From Desulfatiglandales bacterium (GTDB lineage Bacteria; Desulfobacterota; DSM-4660; Desulfatiglandales; Desulfatiglandaceae): 64,000 bases of DNA. Every line of letters begins with the position of its first letter. Position 1 is the first letter of the stretch. A program made the position numbers and the translations under genes. Below the pieces are notes generated by a model that was given only the letters and a program-made list of their open reading frames with translations, did no database searches and had not been told where the DNA came from. Positions 32,158-43,737 of this stretch are shown here, piece after piece. The stretch lies in the NCBI GenBank assembly GCA_963662465.1, contig OY759599.1, positions 3,296,001-3,360,000 on the forward strand. Direction: 5' to 3'.

Positions 32158-32195
32158 CCTTAACCTTAATTCTTAAATTGTAAAGGAGAAATAAA

Positions 32196-32588
32196 ATGGG
32201 GTAAGGTTTTTGTTTTATTGGCAATGGTCAATATGGTGTTGTCTTTTCCTGTTTTCGCTAAAACACCTTGTAAAATTTTATCTGAAATGAATAAACCCTA
32301 TGAAAAAGGTGAACGTCAAAAGGTAATAGATATAGGAAAAAAATTGAAGGCATAAACAGATTTGGAAAAGATAAATGTACAAGATCTGTCTATGCCACAA
32401 TTGCCACTTGTTACATGCTAATGGGTATTGATGAAAATAAAGCTGGTAATTTCAAAAAAGCGACAGAATATTTTAAATACGCATCGAAGTATAATCGTGC
32501 GTTTGCGCTATCAATAGATTGCTTTGAAACCGGAGATTGCACAAAATCTAAAGAACTTTGGTCAAAATATTTGTGGATGTATGAATAA
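32196..32588 (+). pseudogene. Frameshifted secreted-protein cassette gene
   Basis: AGGAG+ATG and a signal-peptide-like start, premature stop at ~32355; lies between two attC sites. Confidence 0.45.
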
Positions 32589-32607
32589 AACCAAATAGTT
32601 AAAATGG

Positions 32608-32731
32608 GGCTAACCCGGCGCTCAAGCAGATTTGCGGGGTCTCCTTTTCGTTCCGCCCCCTCCACCCTGCAAACCGCTGAGCCCTATAGCCCTCTGTACA
32701 ACTACCGCACAGGGAAAGATAGCCGTTATCA
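32608..32731 (+). repeat. attC site (family 2) with a small insertion
   Basis: ggctAAC complements the upstream GTTagcc; homologous to the 33447 site. Confidence 0.7.
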
Positions 32732-32805
32732 TGAGCATAAAGAAAATTTTATGCGGTAGGATCAGAGATAAAAAGGAGACTTCAATCAGATTGAAGAAAT
32801 AAAAA

Positions 32806-33246
32806 ATGCGAATATATTTAGATAATTGCTGTTTTAACAGACCTTATGACAACCAAACATATGAAATAATAAGACTTGAAACCGAAGCGAAAATATTTGT
32901 TCAGAATTGTATCAAAGACAACCGAATAGAACTTGTTTGGTCTTTTATTTTAGATTTTGAAAATTCAGCAAACCCGTACAGGGAAAGAAGAGAATCAATA
33001 AAAGAATGGCGGTCAATATCTGCTGAAGATATTAAAGCCACAGAAAAGATAAGAAATTATGCAAATGAACTGCAAAATTTATACGGAATAAAGCCGAAAG
33101 ACTCTCTCCATTTAGCGTGTGCAATTGTGGCAAAAAGTGAATATTTTCTTACAACCGACAAAATTCTTATAAAAAAATCAAAGCATTTAAAAGAAATCAG
33201 AGTAATAAATCCGTTGGAATTTATTACTCTGCTGGAGGAAAAATGA
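32806..33246 (+). CDS. PIN-domain toxin
   Basis: IYLDNCCFNRPYD...KDSLHLACA...FLTTD. Confidence 0.85.
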   Translation: MRIYLDNCCFNRPYDNQTYEIIRLETEAKIFVQNCIKDNRIELVWSFILDFENSANPYRERRESIKEWRSISAEDIKATEKIRNYANELQNLYGIKPKDSLHLACAIVAKSEYFLTTDKILIKKSKHLKEIRVINPLEFITLLEEK

Positions 33247-33452
33247 GAACAGATACTATAATAATGTATGAAGGTATGAAAGCTCTCCGTGGGAAACTTG
33301 ATATCATTGAAACAGAAAAATTTATAAGTCTGATTTTGAGAGAAAATTTTGACTATACAGAATGGCAACGGAATCTTTGGAAAGATAAAACTGTTGATGA
33401 AATTTTTTATGCTGCAAAAAACTATGATGAAAATATAAACAAAGAGGGCTAA
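33243..33452 (+). CDS. Putative antitoxin partner of the PIN gene
   Basis: Translationally coupled 69 aa; EKFI...FDYTEW. Confidence 0.7.
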   Translation: MRTDTIIMYEGMKALRGKLDIIETEKFISLILRENFDYTEWQRNLWKDKTVDEIFYAAKNYDENINKEG

Positions 33453-33530
33453 CCTGGCGCTCAAGCGGATTTGCGGGGTTCCGGTCGCTCCGCTCCCTCC
33501 ACCCCGCAAACCGCTTAGCTTAGCGTTGGC
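33447..33530 (+). repeat. attC site (family 2) followed by three stacked introns
   Basis: ggctAAC...aagcggatttgcgggg...ccccgcaaaccgctt...GTTggc. Confidence 0.85.
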
Positions 33531-35756
33531 GTGCGACGTGATGTCGCGTAAGTAGCTGTTTTGTATATTGATATAAACCATATAACAAAACCCTGTTTTC
33601 TGCAACAGGTATTCTACCGGGACATGCGTCCGGAGTAATCCGGGGGTGTGAAGCTCTCGGGACAATGAAGCCCGCGGAATCTTCCGGGAGAGGGAACCGT
33701 GAGGAGACCTCAACTCTGCAAGCATCATGCGGTAAGGGAGCTAGAATTGAGCAGTATGGTTAACACATGTGAATCGCTGCAGCGTCGTCACGAGAACAAG
33801 CCTAAGATGCTGAAAGGCTTGGACCAAACGGTATGTGGCCAGGTATGGGGGCTGCGAACTCCTCCATCGCGGATGTCGTGCCACCGGCGTACGGGCGGAA
33901 CCTAACCTGCTCGGGTACTTACGCGGAACATGGTAAGCCCGTAATCCTCCCCACGGGGAAAGCGAACCGCAAGGTGAGCCCATGGGGTTGCGGGTAAAGG
34001 ATGTCAGAAAAAAGCAAATGCCCCGTTGTAATGATGGGGATACGGATTGACGGTGTAATCACCTACATGATCCGGCTCGAAAGAGAGCAGACTTCTGACC
34101 GGTGTTCCATTGCGAGATAATTTGTAGAATCTTCAAACAGGGGAAAGCAAATGACGGTGGCCATTTTGGCGACTGGTGCACCTTTGGACGGAACAAACTG
34201 GTGGAAATCCATAAACTGGAGAACCGCCGGCGAGCACGTTAGAAGACTGCAGGTGCGTATCGCAAAGGCTGTGAAGGAAAAGCGATGGGGAAAGGTTAAG
34301 GCAATACAATGGCTTTTGACCCATTCGTTTTATGCCAAGTTGTTGGCCATCAAGCGCGTTACTTCCAACCGAGGTAAACGCACGCCGGGAGTGGATAAAG
34401 TTATATGGTCCACCCACATTGACAAAATGCAGGCGGCAAAAGACCTGCACCGAAGAACTTACCGACCCAAACCGCTGCGCCGAATTTACATACCCAAGAA
34501 AAACGGCAAGAAACGCCCATTGGGCATTCCCACCATGAAAGACAGAGCCATGCAGGCGTTGCACAAACTGGCCCTTGATCCGGTGGCGGAAACCACCGCC
34601 GATCCGAACTCTTATGGGTTCAGAGCCTATCGAGGATGTGCGGATGCCATCGGTCATTGTTTTATTTCTCTGGCCAAGAGCTACTCACCCGCATGGATTT
34701 TGGAGGGAGACATAAAGGCCTGTTTTGACGAAATCAGCCATCAATGGATGCTCGAAAATATCCCCATGGATAAACGGACGCTTCAGAAATGGCTGAAATC
34801 CGGTTATGTGGAAGGAGGCAAGCTCTATCCGACTTACAGAGGAACCCCGCAAGGCGGGATTATCTCTCCAACATTGGCTAATATGGTCCTGGATGGTCTG
34901 GAAGCGGCAGCCAAAAGTACCGCCCCGATAAGAATCCAGGGCAATATACGGTCCAAGATAAACGTAATCCGTTACGCTGATGATTTCATCATCACCGGGA
35001 ATTCCAGAGAGATGCTAAATGAGATCAAGCTGGAAATTGAAGCATTTATGGAGCGAAGAGGACTTTCGCTTTCAGCGGAAAAGACGTTGATCACAAGGAT
35101 AGAAGAAGGATTTGATTTTCTCGGACAGAATCCACGCAAATACCAGGGGAAGCTCTTGATAAAGCCCTCTCGTAAAAACGTGAAAGCCTTCTTAGGCAAT
35201 ATCCGGCAAACGATCCGAAAGCATGCGGCATCAAGAGCCGACACCCTGATTAAAGTGCTCAATCCCAAAATCAGGGGATGGGCCAATTACCACAGGCATG
35301 TGGTTTCCGGTAGAACTTTCGGGCTTGTAGATCACCGTATCTACAGCTATATTTGGCAATGGATGAGGAGGAAACATTCGGGCAAGAGTAAGAGTTGGCT
35401 GGTGGATAAATACTGGTCAAAAGGATCTCGTCCGTGGTCCTTTTCAGCGGTGATCAAGGACGGCTATGCGAAATCCGCTAGAATTGAACTTGAGAAAGCT
35501 TACGACGTCAAGATAAAACGCCATGTCAAAATTCGAGGGGATGCGAACCCCTTCGATCCGAAATATGAACACTATTTCAGGAAACGATATGCCCAACGCA
35601 GTCAGCAGAAGGCAGACAGGCGTAAAGAGCATAAAACGTCACAACCGGGTAGCCCCGAAAGGGCTTGCCTTTGGAATGCTTGAGCCGTGTGCGTTTAACG
35701 GCGCACGCACGGTTCTTAGAGGGCTGGGGGATGGCAACATCCCCTGGCTACTCGAC
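33531..35756 (+). mobile_element. Group II intron A2, intact
   Basis: GTGCG...ctcgAC; variant of A1. Confidence 0.95.
34151..35683 (+). CDS. ltrA: Group II intron RT/maturase
   Basis: 510 aa, YADD. Confidence 0.95.
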   Translation: MTVAILATGAPLDGTNWWKSINWRTAGEHVRRLQVRIAKAVKEKRWGKVKAIQWLLTHSFYAKLLAIKRVTSNRGKRTPGVDKVIWSTHIDKMQAAKDLHRRTYRPKPLRRIYIPKKNGKKRPLGIPTMKDRAMQALHKLALDPVAETTADPNSYGFRAYRGCADAIGHCFISLAKSYSPAWILEGDIKACFDEISHQWMLENIPMDKRTLQKWLKSGYVEGGKLYPTYRGTPQGGIISPTLANMVLDGLEAAAKSTAPIRIQGNIRSKINVIRYADDFIITGNSREMLNEIKLEIEAFMERRGLSLSAEKTLITRIEEGFDFLGQNPRKYQGKLLIKPSRKNVKAFLGNIRQTIRKHAASRADTLIKVLNPKIRGWANYHRHVVSGRTFGLVDHRIYSYIWQWMRRKHSGKSKSWLVDKYWSKGSRPWSFSAVIKDGYAKSARIELEKAYDVKIKRHVKIRGDANPFDPKYEHYFRKRYAQRSQQKADRRKEHKTSQPGSPERACLWNA

Positions 35757-37981
35757 GTGCGACGTGATGTCGCGTAAGTAGCTGTTTTGTATATCAATAT
35801 AAACCATATAACAAAACCCTGTTTTCTGCAACAGGTATTCTACCGGGACATGCGTCCGGAGTAATCCGGGGGTGTGAAGCTCTCGGGACAATGAAGCCCG
35901 CGGAATTTTCCGGGAGAGGAAACCGTGAGGGGACCTCAACTCTGCAAGCATCATGCGGTAAGGGAGCTAGAATTGAGCAGTACGGTTAACACATGTGAAT
36001 CGCTGCAGCGTCGTCACGAGAACAAGCCTAAGATGCTGAAAGGCTTGGACCAAAAGGTACGTGGCCAGGAACGGAGGCTGCGAACTCCTCCGTCGCGGAT
36101 GTTGTGCCACCGGCGTAAAGGCGGAACCTAACCTGCTCTGGTACTTACGCGGAACATGGTAAGCCCGTAATCCTCCCCACGGGGAAAGCGAACCGCAAGG
36201 TGAGCCCATGGGGTTGCGGGTAAAGGATGTCAGAAAAAGCGAATGCCTCGTTGTAATGATGGGGATACGGATTGAAGGTGTAACTACCTACATGATCCGG
36301 CTCGAAAGAGAGCAGACTTCTGACCGGTGTTCCATTGCGAGATAATCTGTCGAATCTTTAAACAGGGGAAAGCAAATGACGGTGGCCGTTTTGGCGACTG
36401 GTGCACCTTTGGACGGAACAAACTGGTGGAAATCCATAAACTGGAAAACCGTCGGCGAGCACGTTAGAAGACTGCAGGTGCGTATCGCAAAGGCTGTGAA
36501 GGAAAAGCGATGGGGAAAAGTCAAGGTGATACAGTGGCTTTTGACTCATTCGTTTTATGCCAAGTTGTTGGCTATCAAGCGCGTTACTTCCAACCGGGGT
36601 AAACGCACACCGGGAGTGGATAAAGTCATATGGTCCACCCACATTGACAAAATGCAGGCGGTAAACGACCTGCGCCGAAGAGCCTACCGACCCAAACCGC
36701 TGCGCCGAATTTACATACCCAAGAAAAACGGCAAGAAACGCCCATTGGGCATTCCCACAATGAAGGACAGAGCCATGCAGGCGTTGTACAAATTGGCGCT
36801 TGATCCGGTGGCGGAAACCACCGCCGATCCGAACTCTTACGGGTTCAGACCCTATCGGGGATGTGCGGATGCCATCGGTCAGTGTTTTATTTCTCTGGCC
36901 AAGCGCCACTCACCCGTATGGATTCTGGAGGGAGATATAAAGGCCTGTTTTGATGAAATCAGCCATCAATGGATGCTCGAAAATATCCCTATGGATAAAC
37001 GGACGCTTCAGAAATGGCTGAAATCCGGTTATGTGGAAGGAGGCAAGCTCTATCCAACTTACAGAGGAACCCCGCAAGGCGGGATTATCTCTCCAACATT
37101 GGCTAATATGGTCCTGGATGGTCTGGAAGCGGCAGCCAAAAGTACCGCCCCGATAAGAATCCAGGGCAATATACGGTCCAAGATAAACGTAATCCGTTAC
37201 GCTGATGATTTCATCATCACCGGGAATTCCAGAGAGATGCTAAATGAGATCAAGCTGGAAATTGAAGCATTTATGGAGCGAAGAGGACTTTCGCTTTCAG
37301 CGGAAAAGACGTTGATCACAAGGATAGAAGAAGGATTTGATTTTCTCGGACAGAATCCACGCAAATACCAGGGGAAGCTCTTGATAAAGCCCTCTCGCAA
37401 AAACGTGAAAGCCTTTTTAGGCAATATCCGGCAAACAATCCGAAAGCATGCGGCATCAAGAGCCGACATTCTGATTAAAGTACTCAATCCCAAAATCAGG
37501 GGGTGGGCCAATTACCACAGGCATGTGGTTTCCGGTAGAACTTTCGGGCTTGTAGATCACCGTATCTACAGCTATATTTGGCAATGGATGAGGAGGAAAC
37601 ATTCGGGCAAGAGTAAGAGTTGGCTGGTGGATAAATACTGGTCAAAAGGATCTCGCCCGTGGTCCTTTTCAGCGGTGATCAAGGACGGCTATGCGAAATC
37701 CGCCAGAATTGAACTTGAGAAAGCTTACGACGTCAAGATAAAACGCCATGTCAAAATTCGAGGGGATGCGAACCCCTTCGATCCGAAATATGAACAATAT
37801 TTCAGGAAACGATATGCCCAACGCAGTCAGCAGAAGGCAGACAGGCGTAAAGAGCATAAAACGTCACAACCGGGTAGCCCCGAAAGGGCTTGCCTTTGGA
37901 ATGCTTGAGCCGTGTGCGTTTAACGGCGCACGCACGGTTCTTAGAGGGCTGGGGGATGGTGACATCCCCTGGCTACTCGAC
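35757..37981 (+). mobile_element. Group II intron A3, intact
   Basis: Directly abuts A2; nearly identical to A1. Confidence 0.95.
36376..37908 (+). CDS. ltrA: Group II intron RT/maturase
   Basis: Same protein as 1788-3320. Confidence 0.95.
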   Translation: MTVAVLATGAPLDGTNWWKSINWKTVGEHVRRLQVRIAKAVKEKRWGKVKVIQWLLTHSFYAKLLAIKRVTSNRGKRTPGVDKVIWSTHIDKMQAVNDLRRRAYRPKPLRRIYIPKKNGKKRPLGIPTMKDRAMQALYKLALDPVAETTADPNSYGFRPYRGCADAIGQCFISLAKRHSPVWILEGDIKACFDEISHQWMLENIPMDKRTLQKWLKSGYVEGGKLYPTYRGTPQGGIISPTLANMVLDGLEAAAKSTAPIRIQGNIRSKINVIRYADDFIITGNSREMLNEIKLEIEAFMERRGLSLSAEKTLITRIEEGFDFLGQNPRKYQGKLLIKPSRKNVKAFLGNIRQTIRKHAASRADILIKVLNPKIRGWANYHRHVVSGRTFGLVDHRIYSYIWQWMRRKHSGKSKSWLVDKYWSKGSRPWSFSAVIKDGYAKSARIELEKAYDVKIKRHVKIRGDANPFDPKYEQYFRKRYAQRSQQKADRRKEHKTSQPGSPERACLWNA

Positions 37982-38806
37982 TTGCGACACGAAGTCGCAT
38001 AGTTTGAGTGTATTCATGTAGTTAAATGTAGTACCCGGTATGTTCCTACCGGACCCTACGCAGGCATGCTGCCGTTGCGCTAATGACGGGGTGTGAAGCC
38101 CTGCGGACAACGTACCGAATTGGGTTTGAATGGTGACAGGAGAACCCCTCCGGGAATCCTCCCCGGTTAAGGGCCAGGGTCGGATGATATGGTGAAATTA
38201 ATTGAATGTCTTTAAGCGCCGATTACAAGCGACGGACCTACGAGGATTAATAGGTCTTATGCCGCTGCCCAGTGTCAGCGGATGTGGTCAGGTTGCAGGT
38301 CTGTCAACTGCCTGCACGGAACTGTTGTACCACCGGCGTAGAGGGCGCACCTAAGTCATCCATTGGATCAACTATGTGGAACGTGGAAACCCGGTCCCGT
38401 CGCCCCTTTTGGGGGCAGGCTAACCGCAAGGCATGCTGTTGGCGGGCCGGAATAGGAGGCTGAAAGAAGCGAATGCCGGGCTGTAATGGTCCGGATACCG
38501 GGTGAAACATTCCCGACTCCGTAAGGAGGCAGACGTTCAGCGTGGTGCCCGATCACGTGAACACCGGAGGAATCAGATGAAAGCCGGGAAAACAGCCAGT
38601 GAAACGGGCGAATGACGGCCCTTGAGGCTGGTGCGCCCCGCGCGCCTTTGGCTACTCTGACAGCCGGCTTGTAACGTGAAGTGGATGCAAATCCGCGGGA
38701 ATCCCAACCAGGGAAACCTTTTCGGGGGCTTGAGCCACGTGAGGTGAAAGTCTCATGCGTGGTTCTGAGGGGACTCGGAGATGGCAACATCCCCCGGCTA
38801 CCCGGC
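37982..38806 (+). mobile_element. ORF-less group II intron B3, uninterrupted (825 nt)
   Basis: TTGCG start; D5 gagccacgtgag...catgcgtggttc; D6 ends ctacccggc. Confidence 0.9.
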
Positions 38807-38840
38807 CGGAGACATCATCAGGCATATACGGAGGTTAAAT

Positions 38841-39963
38841 ATGACGGAAGTCAGCAGTGAATTTTTTCGTGCATATGCTTTGCTGGAACAAGACTATGTG
38901 GATTGTAGGAATGAAATCGAAGCAACTGTGGTAGATGATCCTGAAAAGGAGAACGTTCTGAACAAACTGGTCGCAAAATATGAACCGATACGGCAAACAC
39001 GCATGCAGGGACTGGGCGAAATGATGGCTGGATTTTCAGAAGCGGAAAAAGCATTGCACCAACAGTGGATAAAAGAGACCGGCCACTGGAAAAACATACA
39101 GGAAGCCCCATTCTGCTGGCGGATTATTAACAAACCCGAGGGATACCCAGGCGACTACAAACTCATGGAGATGATTTATGACCAGCGCCAGGAAGGAAAA
39201 ACCGATTGGGAAAAATTTATTCACAAGCAGGCAGTTGATTCAGTAGCCTGTCAGGCTGTTCGAAACCGGAAAGAATTACTTCGCGACCAGATACTGCAAT
39301 TGAACGTGCGGGGGGGGGGGGGGGGGGGGTAAAATATTGTCACTGGCAGCTGGACCGGTAAGGGAGATAGAAGAGGTACTCAACATCGATACAAAGAACA
39401 GTAAGCCCCGTTTTCTGGCCCTGGACCATGATATCAGCTCGCTCCGACATGTGACATCAAGGTTCGCTGATAATCGCCTCACGTACGGCATTGCCAATGC
39501 CTTTCAGATGATCAAAAAGAACTATAGGGTGGCTTATCCGCGAAAATACGCTCTGTCGCACTGCAATCCCAGAACCGATTTCAAAGGGTTTAGAAAATTT
39601 CTGGCGCCGTTGCGGTACCAGGTGGAGGACCTGGCCAACCAAAGATTTGATTTGATCTATTCCGCCGGGTTGTATGACTATCTTCGCGATAAGGGGGCCA
39701 GGAGACTCACGAAGAACCTCTTTGATCTTTTAAACCCTGGTGGAACCTTAATCATCGGAAATTTCAGCCCCAATAATCCTCCTGACATGCGATTCGCCAT
39801 GGAGTACCTCTACGACTGGATGCTCATTTACAGGGACGAAAGCGAGATGTACCAGCTGGCGGACGGTATCCCGGAATCGGATATTGAACAAATGACGCTG
39901 CTTCAGGAACCGCGTGGCATCAACTACTTTCTGAAGATCGTGAAGCGGGGCTATACACATTGA
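38841..39963 (+). pseudogene. PhcB-like class I SAM methyltransferase, frameshifted at a G20 tract
   Basis: KPEGYPGDY, AVRNRK, KILSLAAGP, FDLIYSAGLYDYL; removing one G restores a single ORF. Confidence 0.75.
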
Positions 39964-40162
39964 TGAACAGTTTAAAAACTTTGGATTCAAGAGGGCAGCA
40001 GATTGAATGCTTGCTAAATAGTGGAATTGTGGATAATCTAAATGAAAATAAGAGAGGTAGTTGATTGTCGTTCAGATACCATTTGATATCTTCAAAACTG
40101 TAGGGTAAAGACCGAGTCGTGGAAGCACGATCTAATCGACGCGTACACGAAAAGGAGGAACC

Positions 40163-40411
40163 ATGCAATCCATTGCAATAAAAAAAACCGCCCTAAGAAA
40201 CTGTATCCTTCGCCTTCCCGACCAGGAAATCGATGCAGTGGAAAAGTTCATAACTAAACTTCTTGCCCAAAGGTTGGTGAAAAAACCCAGGCCGATCAGT
40301 CTGGAAGGTATCTGGAAGAACAAGGGATTTGAGAAGCTGAAGGACCTTGAATCAGAAATTGGGCAAATCAGGGCTGAAATTGGCAATTCGATCTTGAGAA
40401 GAGAATTCTGA
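40163..40411 (+). CDS. Putative antitoxin
   Basis: 82 aa, coupled to the PIN gene; SLEGIWK motif. Confidence 0.7.
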   Translation: MQSIAIKKTALRNCILRLPDQEIDAVEKFITKLLAQRLVKKPRPISLEGIWKNKGFEKLKDLESEIGQIRAEIGNSILRREF

Positions 40412-40791
40412 TGCAATACCTGCTTGATACTGTCACAATTGTTCGCCATTTTTCCGCCATGGGCAGAATCGGGGAAAAGGCCCGTGAAATACTGAACAGT
40501 TCCGAAAACTCATTTATTATTTCCGTTATCAGTCTCATGGAAATCATGTATTTGTCAGAGAAGAACCGCATAGGTATTTCATTGACAGACACATTTGCCG
40601 AAATTGAATCATCATCCCTTTACAGCATCATTGACTTGACACCTGAGATTTTGAAGATCGCCGAAGTTACAGCCTTCAGAGAATTACATGATAGACTCAT
40701 TCTTTCGACTGCAAAATGGCTGGATATACCTCTTATTTCTAGCGACAAAAGCTTCCAGGGGATTGAGGGGATACAACTGATTTGGAATTAA
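40411..40791 (+). CDS. VapC/PIN toxin
   Basis: YLLDT...SVISLMEI...ELHDRLI...LISSD. Confidence 0.85.
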   Translation: MQYLLDTVTIVRHFSAMGRIGEKAREILNSSENSFIISVISLMEIMYLSEKNRIGISLTDTFAEIESSSLYSIIDLTPEILKIAEVTAFRELHDRLILSTAKWLDIPLISSDKSFQGIEGIQLIWN

Positions 40792-41049
40792 AACATTGGC
40801 CTTTGTTTTTTTTTGGGCTAATCTGCGCCACAACATCTAGTTTTGCACACCCATACATGGGAAGATTTTTCGTTAAAGGAATATACTTTTTTTTAGCATA
40901 GCTGTGCGAAGTCCATATTGTTTAATGAGATTTCGGAGATGAATCGGACAAATTCGGGCCGAGCCTGCTATGCAAATAAGCGGAAATTTGCGTGACAAGA
41001 CGAAAGCATTTTATGCAATCATTCAGAGCAATTAGCATTGTCCGAGAGC

Positions 41050-41134
41050 GGTTAACCAAACGCTGCACCAGACGCCTGATACTTGGGCGGTTCCGGCGGG
41101 GGCAGGTGGAGGCGCTGGTGAGCTTGTCGTTGGC
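41050..41134 (+). repeat. attC-like site (family 1), intron inserted in R'
   Basis: ggttAAC...GTTggc. Confidence 0.85.
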
Positions 41135-41767
41135 ATGCGACGTGATGTCGCGTAAGTAGCAGTTTTATATATTGATATAAACCATATAACAAAACCCTGT
41201 TTTCTGCAACAGGCATTCTACCGGGACATGCGTCCGGAGTAATCCGGGGGTGTGAAGCTCTCGGGACAATGAAGCCCGCGGAATTTTCCGGAAGAGGGAA
41301 CCGTGAGGGGACCTCAACTCTGCAAGCATCATGCGGTGAGGGAGCTAGAATTGAGCAGTACGGTTAACACATGTGAATCGCTGCAGCGTCGTCACGAGAA
41401 CAAGCCTAAGATGCTGAAAGGCTTGGACCAAAAGGTACGTGGCCAGGAACGGAGGCTGCGAACTCCTCCGTCGCAGATGTCGTGCCACCGGCGTAGGGGC
41501 GGAACCTAACCTGCTCGGGTACTTACGCGGAACATGGTAAGCCCGTAATCCTCCCCACGGGGAAAGCGAACCGCAAGGTGAGCCCATGGGGTTGCGGGTA
41601 AAAGATGTCAGAAAAAGCGAATGCCTTGTTGTAATGATGGGGATACGGATTGATGGTAATCACCGACATGATCCGGCTCGAAAGAGAGCAGACTTCTGAC
41701 CGGTGTTCCATTGCGAGATAATCTGTAGAATCTTCAAACAGGGGAAAGCAGCCAGTGAAACGGGCGA

Positions 41768-43626
41768 ATGACGGTGGCCGTTCTGGCGACTGGTGCACCT
41801 TTGGACGGAACAAACTGGTGGAAATCCATAAACTGGAAAACCGCCGGGGAGCATGTTAGAAGACTGCAGGTGCGTATCGCAAAGGCTGTGAAGGAAAAGC
41901 GATGGGGAAAAGTCAAGGTGATACAGTGGCTTTTGACTCATTCGTTTTATGCCAAGTTGTTGGCTATCAAGCGCGTTACTTCCAACCGGGGTAAACGCAC
42001 ACCGGGAGTGGATAAAGTCATATGGTCCACCCACATTGACAAAATGCAAGCGGTAAACGACCTGCGCCGAAGAGCCTACCGACCCAAACCGCTGCGCCGA
42101 ATTTACATACCCAAGAAAAACGGCAAGAAACGCCCATTGGGCATTCCCACAATGAAGGACAGAGCCATGCAGGCATTGTACAAATTGGCGCTTGATCCGG
42201 TGGCGGAAACCACCGCCGATCCGAACTCTTACGGGTTCAGACCCTATCGGGGATGTGCAGATGCCATCGGTCAGTGTTTTATTTCTCTGGCCAAGCGCTA
42301 CTCACCCGTATGGATTCTGGAGGGAGATATAAAGGCCTGTTTTGATGAAATCAGCCATCAGTGGATACTCGAAAATATCCCGATGGATAAACGGACGCTT
42401 CAGAAATGGCTGAAAGCCGGGTATGTAGAAGGAGGCAAGCTCTATCCGACATACAGAGGAACCCCGCAAGGCGGCTTATGCAAAGCTTTGCATAACCCGC
42501 CTTATGCCAAGTTGCCGATTATGCAAAGTAAACCGCTAAAGCTACCAGATTTCCAACACGTTCACTGAGTTTACTTTGCATAATATCACGGGTACCTCAA
42601 ACTTGAAATCCAATTAAACGATGCAGCATCCTTGGTTTATTTTGGATAAAATGATCTGGTTTTTTCCGACAAACGATTTTGTGAGCTTTTCGCTCAGTCA
42701 TCATTAGCAAAGATTATGCTAAGTAAATCAAAAAGAAACCCTTGAATTACAATGCGTTTTATGGCTTACTTTGCATAATTACTTTCTTTGCATAAGGCGG
42801 GATTATCTCTCCAACATTGGCTAATATGGTCCTGGATGGTCTGGAAGCGGCAGCCAAAAGCACCGCCCCGATAAGAATTCAGGGAAATATACGGTCCAAG
42901 ATAAACGTAATCCGCTACGCTGATGATTTTATCATCACCGGGAATTCCAGAGAGATGCTAAATGAGATCAAGCTGGAAATTGAAGCATTTATGGAGCGAA
43001 GAGGTCTTTCGCTTTCAGCGGAAAAGACGTTGATCACAAGGATAGAAGAAGGATTTGATTTTCTCGGACAAAGTTCACGCAAATACGGAGGAAAACTTTT
43101 GATAAAGCCCTCTCGCAAAAACGTGAAAGCCTTTTTAGGCAATATCCGGAAAACAATCCGAAAGCATGCGGCATCAAGAGCCGACATTCTGATTAAAGTA
43201 CTCAATCCCAAAATCAGGGGGTGGGCCAATTACCACAGGCATGTGGTTTCCGGTAGAACTTTCGGGCTTGTAGATCACCGTATCTACAGCTATATTTGGC
43301 AATGGATGAGGAGGAAACATTCGGGCAAGAGTAAGAGTTGGCTGGTGGATAAATACTGGTCAAAAGGATCTCGCCCGTGGTCCTTTTCAGCGGTGATCAA
43401 GGACGGCTATGCGAAATCCGCCAGAATTGAACTTGAGAAGGCTTACGACGTCAAGATAAAACGCCATGTCAAAATTCGAGGGGATGCGAACCCCTTCAAT
43501 CCGAAATATGAACAATATTTCAGGAAACGATATGCCCAACGCAGTCAGCAGAAGGCAGACAGGCGTAAAGAGCATAAAACGTCACAACCGGGTAGCCCCG
43601 AAAGGGCTTGCCTTTGGAATGCTTGA
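41768..43626 (+). pseudogene. ltrA: RT/maturase interrupted at PQGG
   Basis: Two halves match the intact RT. Confidence 0.9.
42476..42801. mobile_element. Non-coding element with dif/RIT-like sites, orientation 1
   Basis: ttatgcaaag/ctttgcataa arms flanking 6-bp spacers. Confidence 0.8.
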
Positions 43627-43737
43627 GCCGTGTGCGTTTAACGGCGCACGCACGGTTCTTAGAGGGCTGGGGGATGGCAACATCCCCTGGCTACTCGACC
43701 AGACCCGCTGGACAGCGGGGGAACTTAACGTCGAAAA

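Larger units (their letters stand above)
41135..43699 (+). mobile_element. Group II intron A4, RT disrupted
   Basis: Starts ATGCG; 326-bp insert in the RT. Confidence 0.92.
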
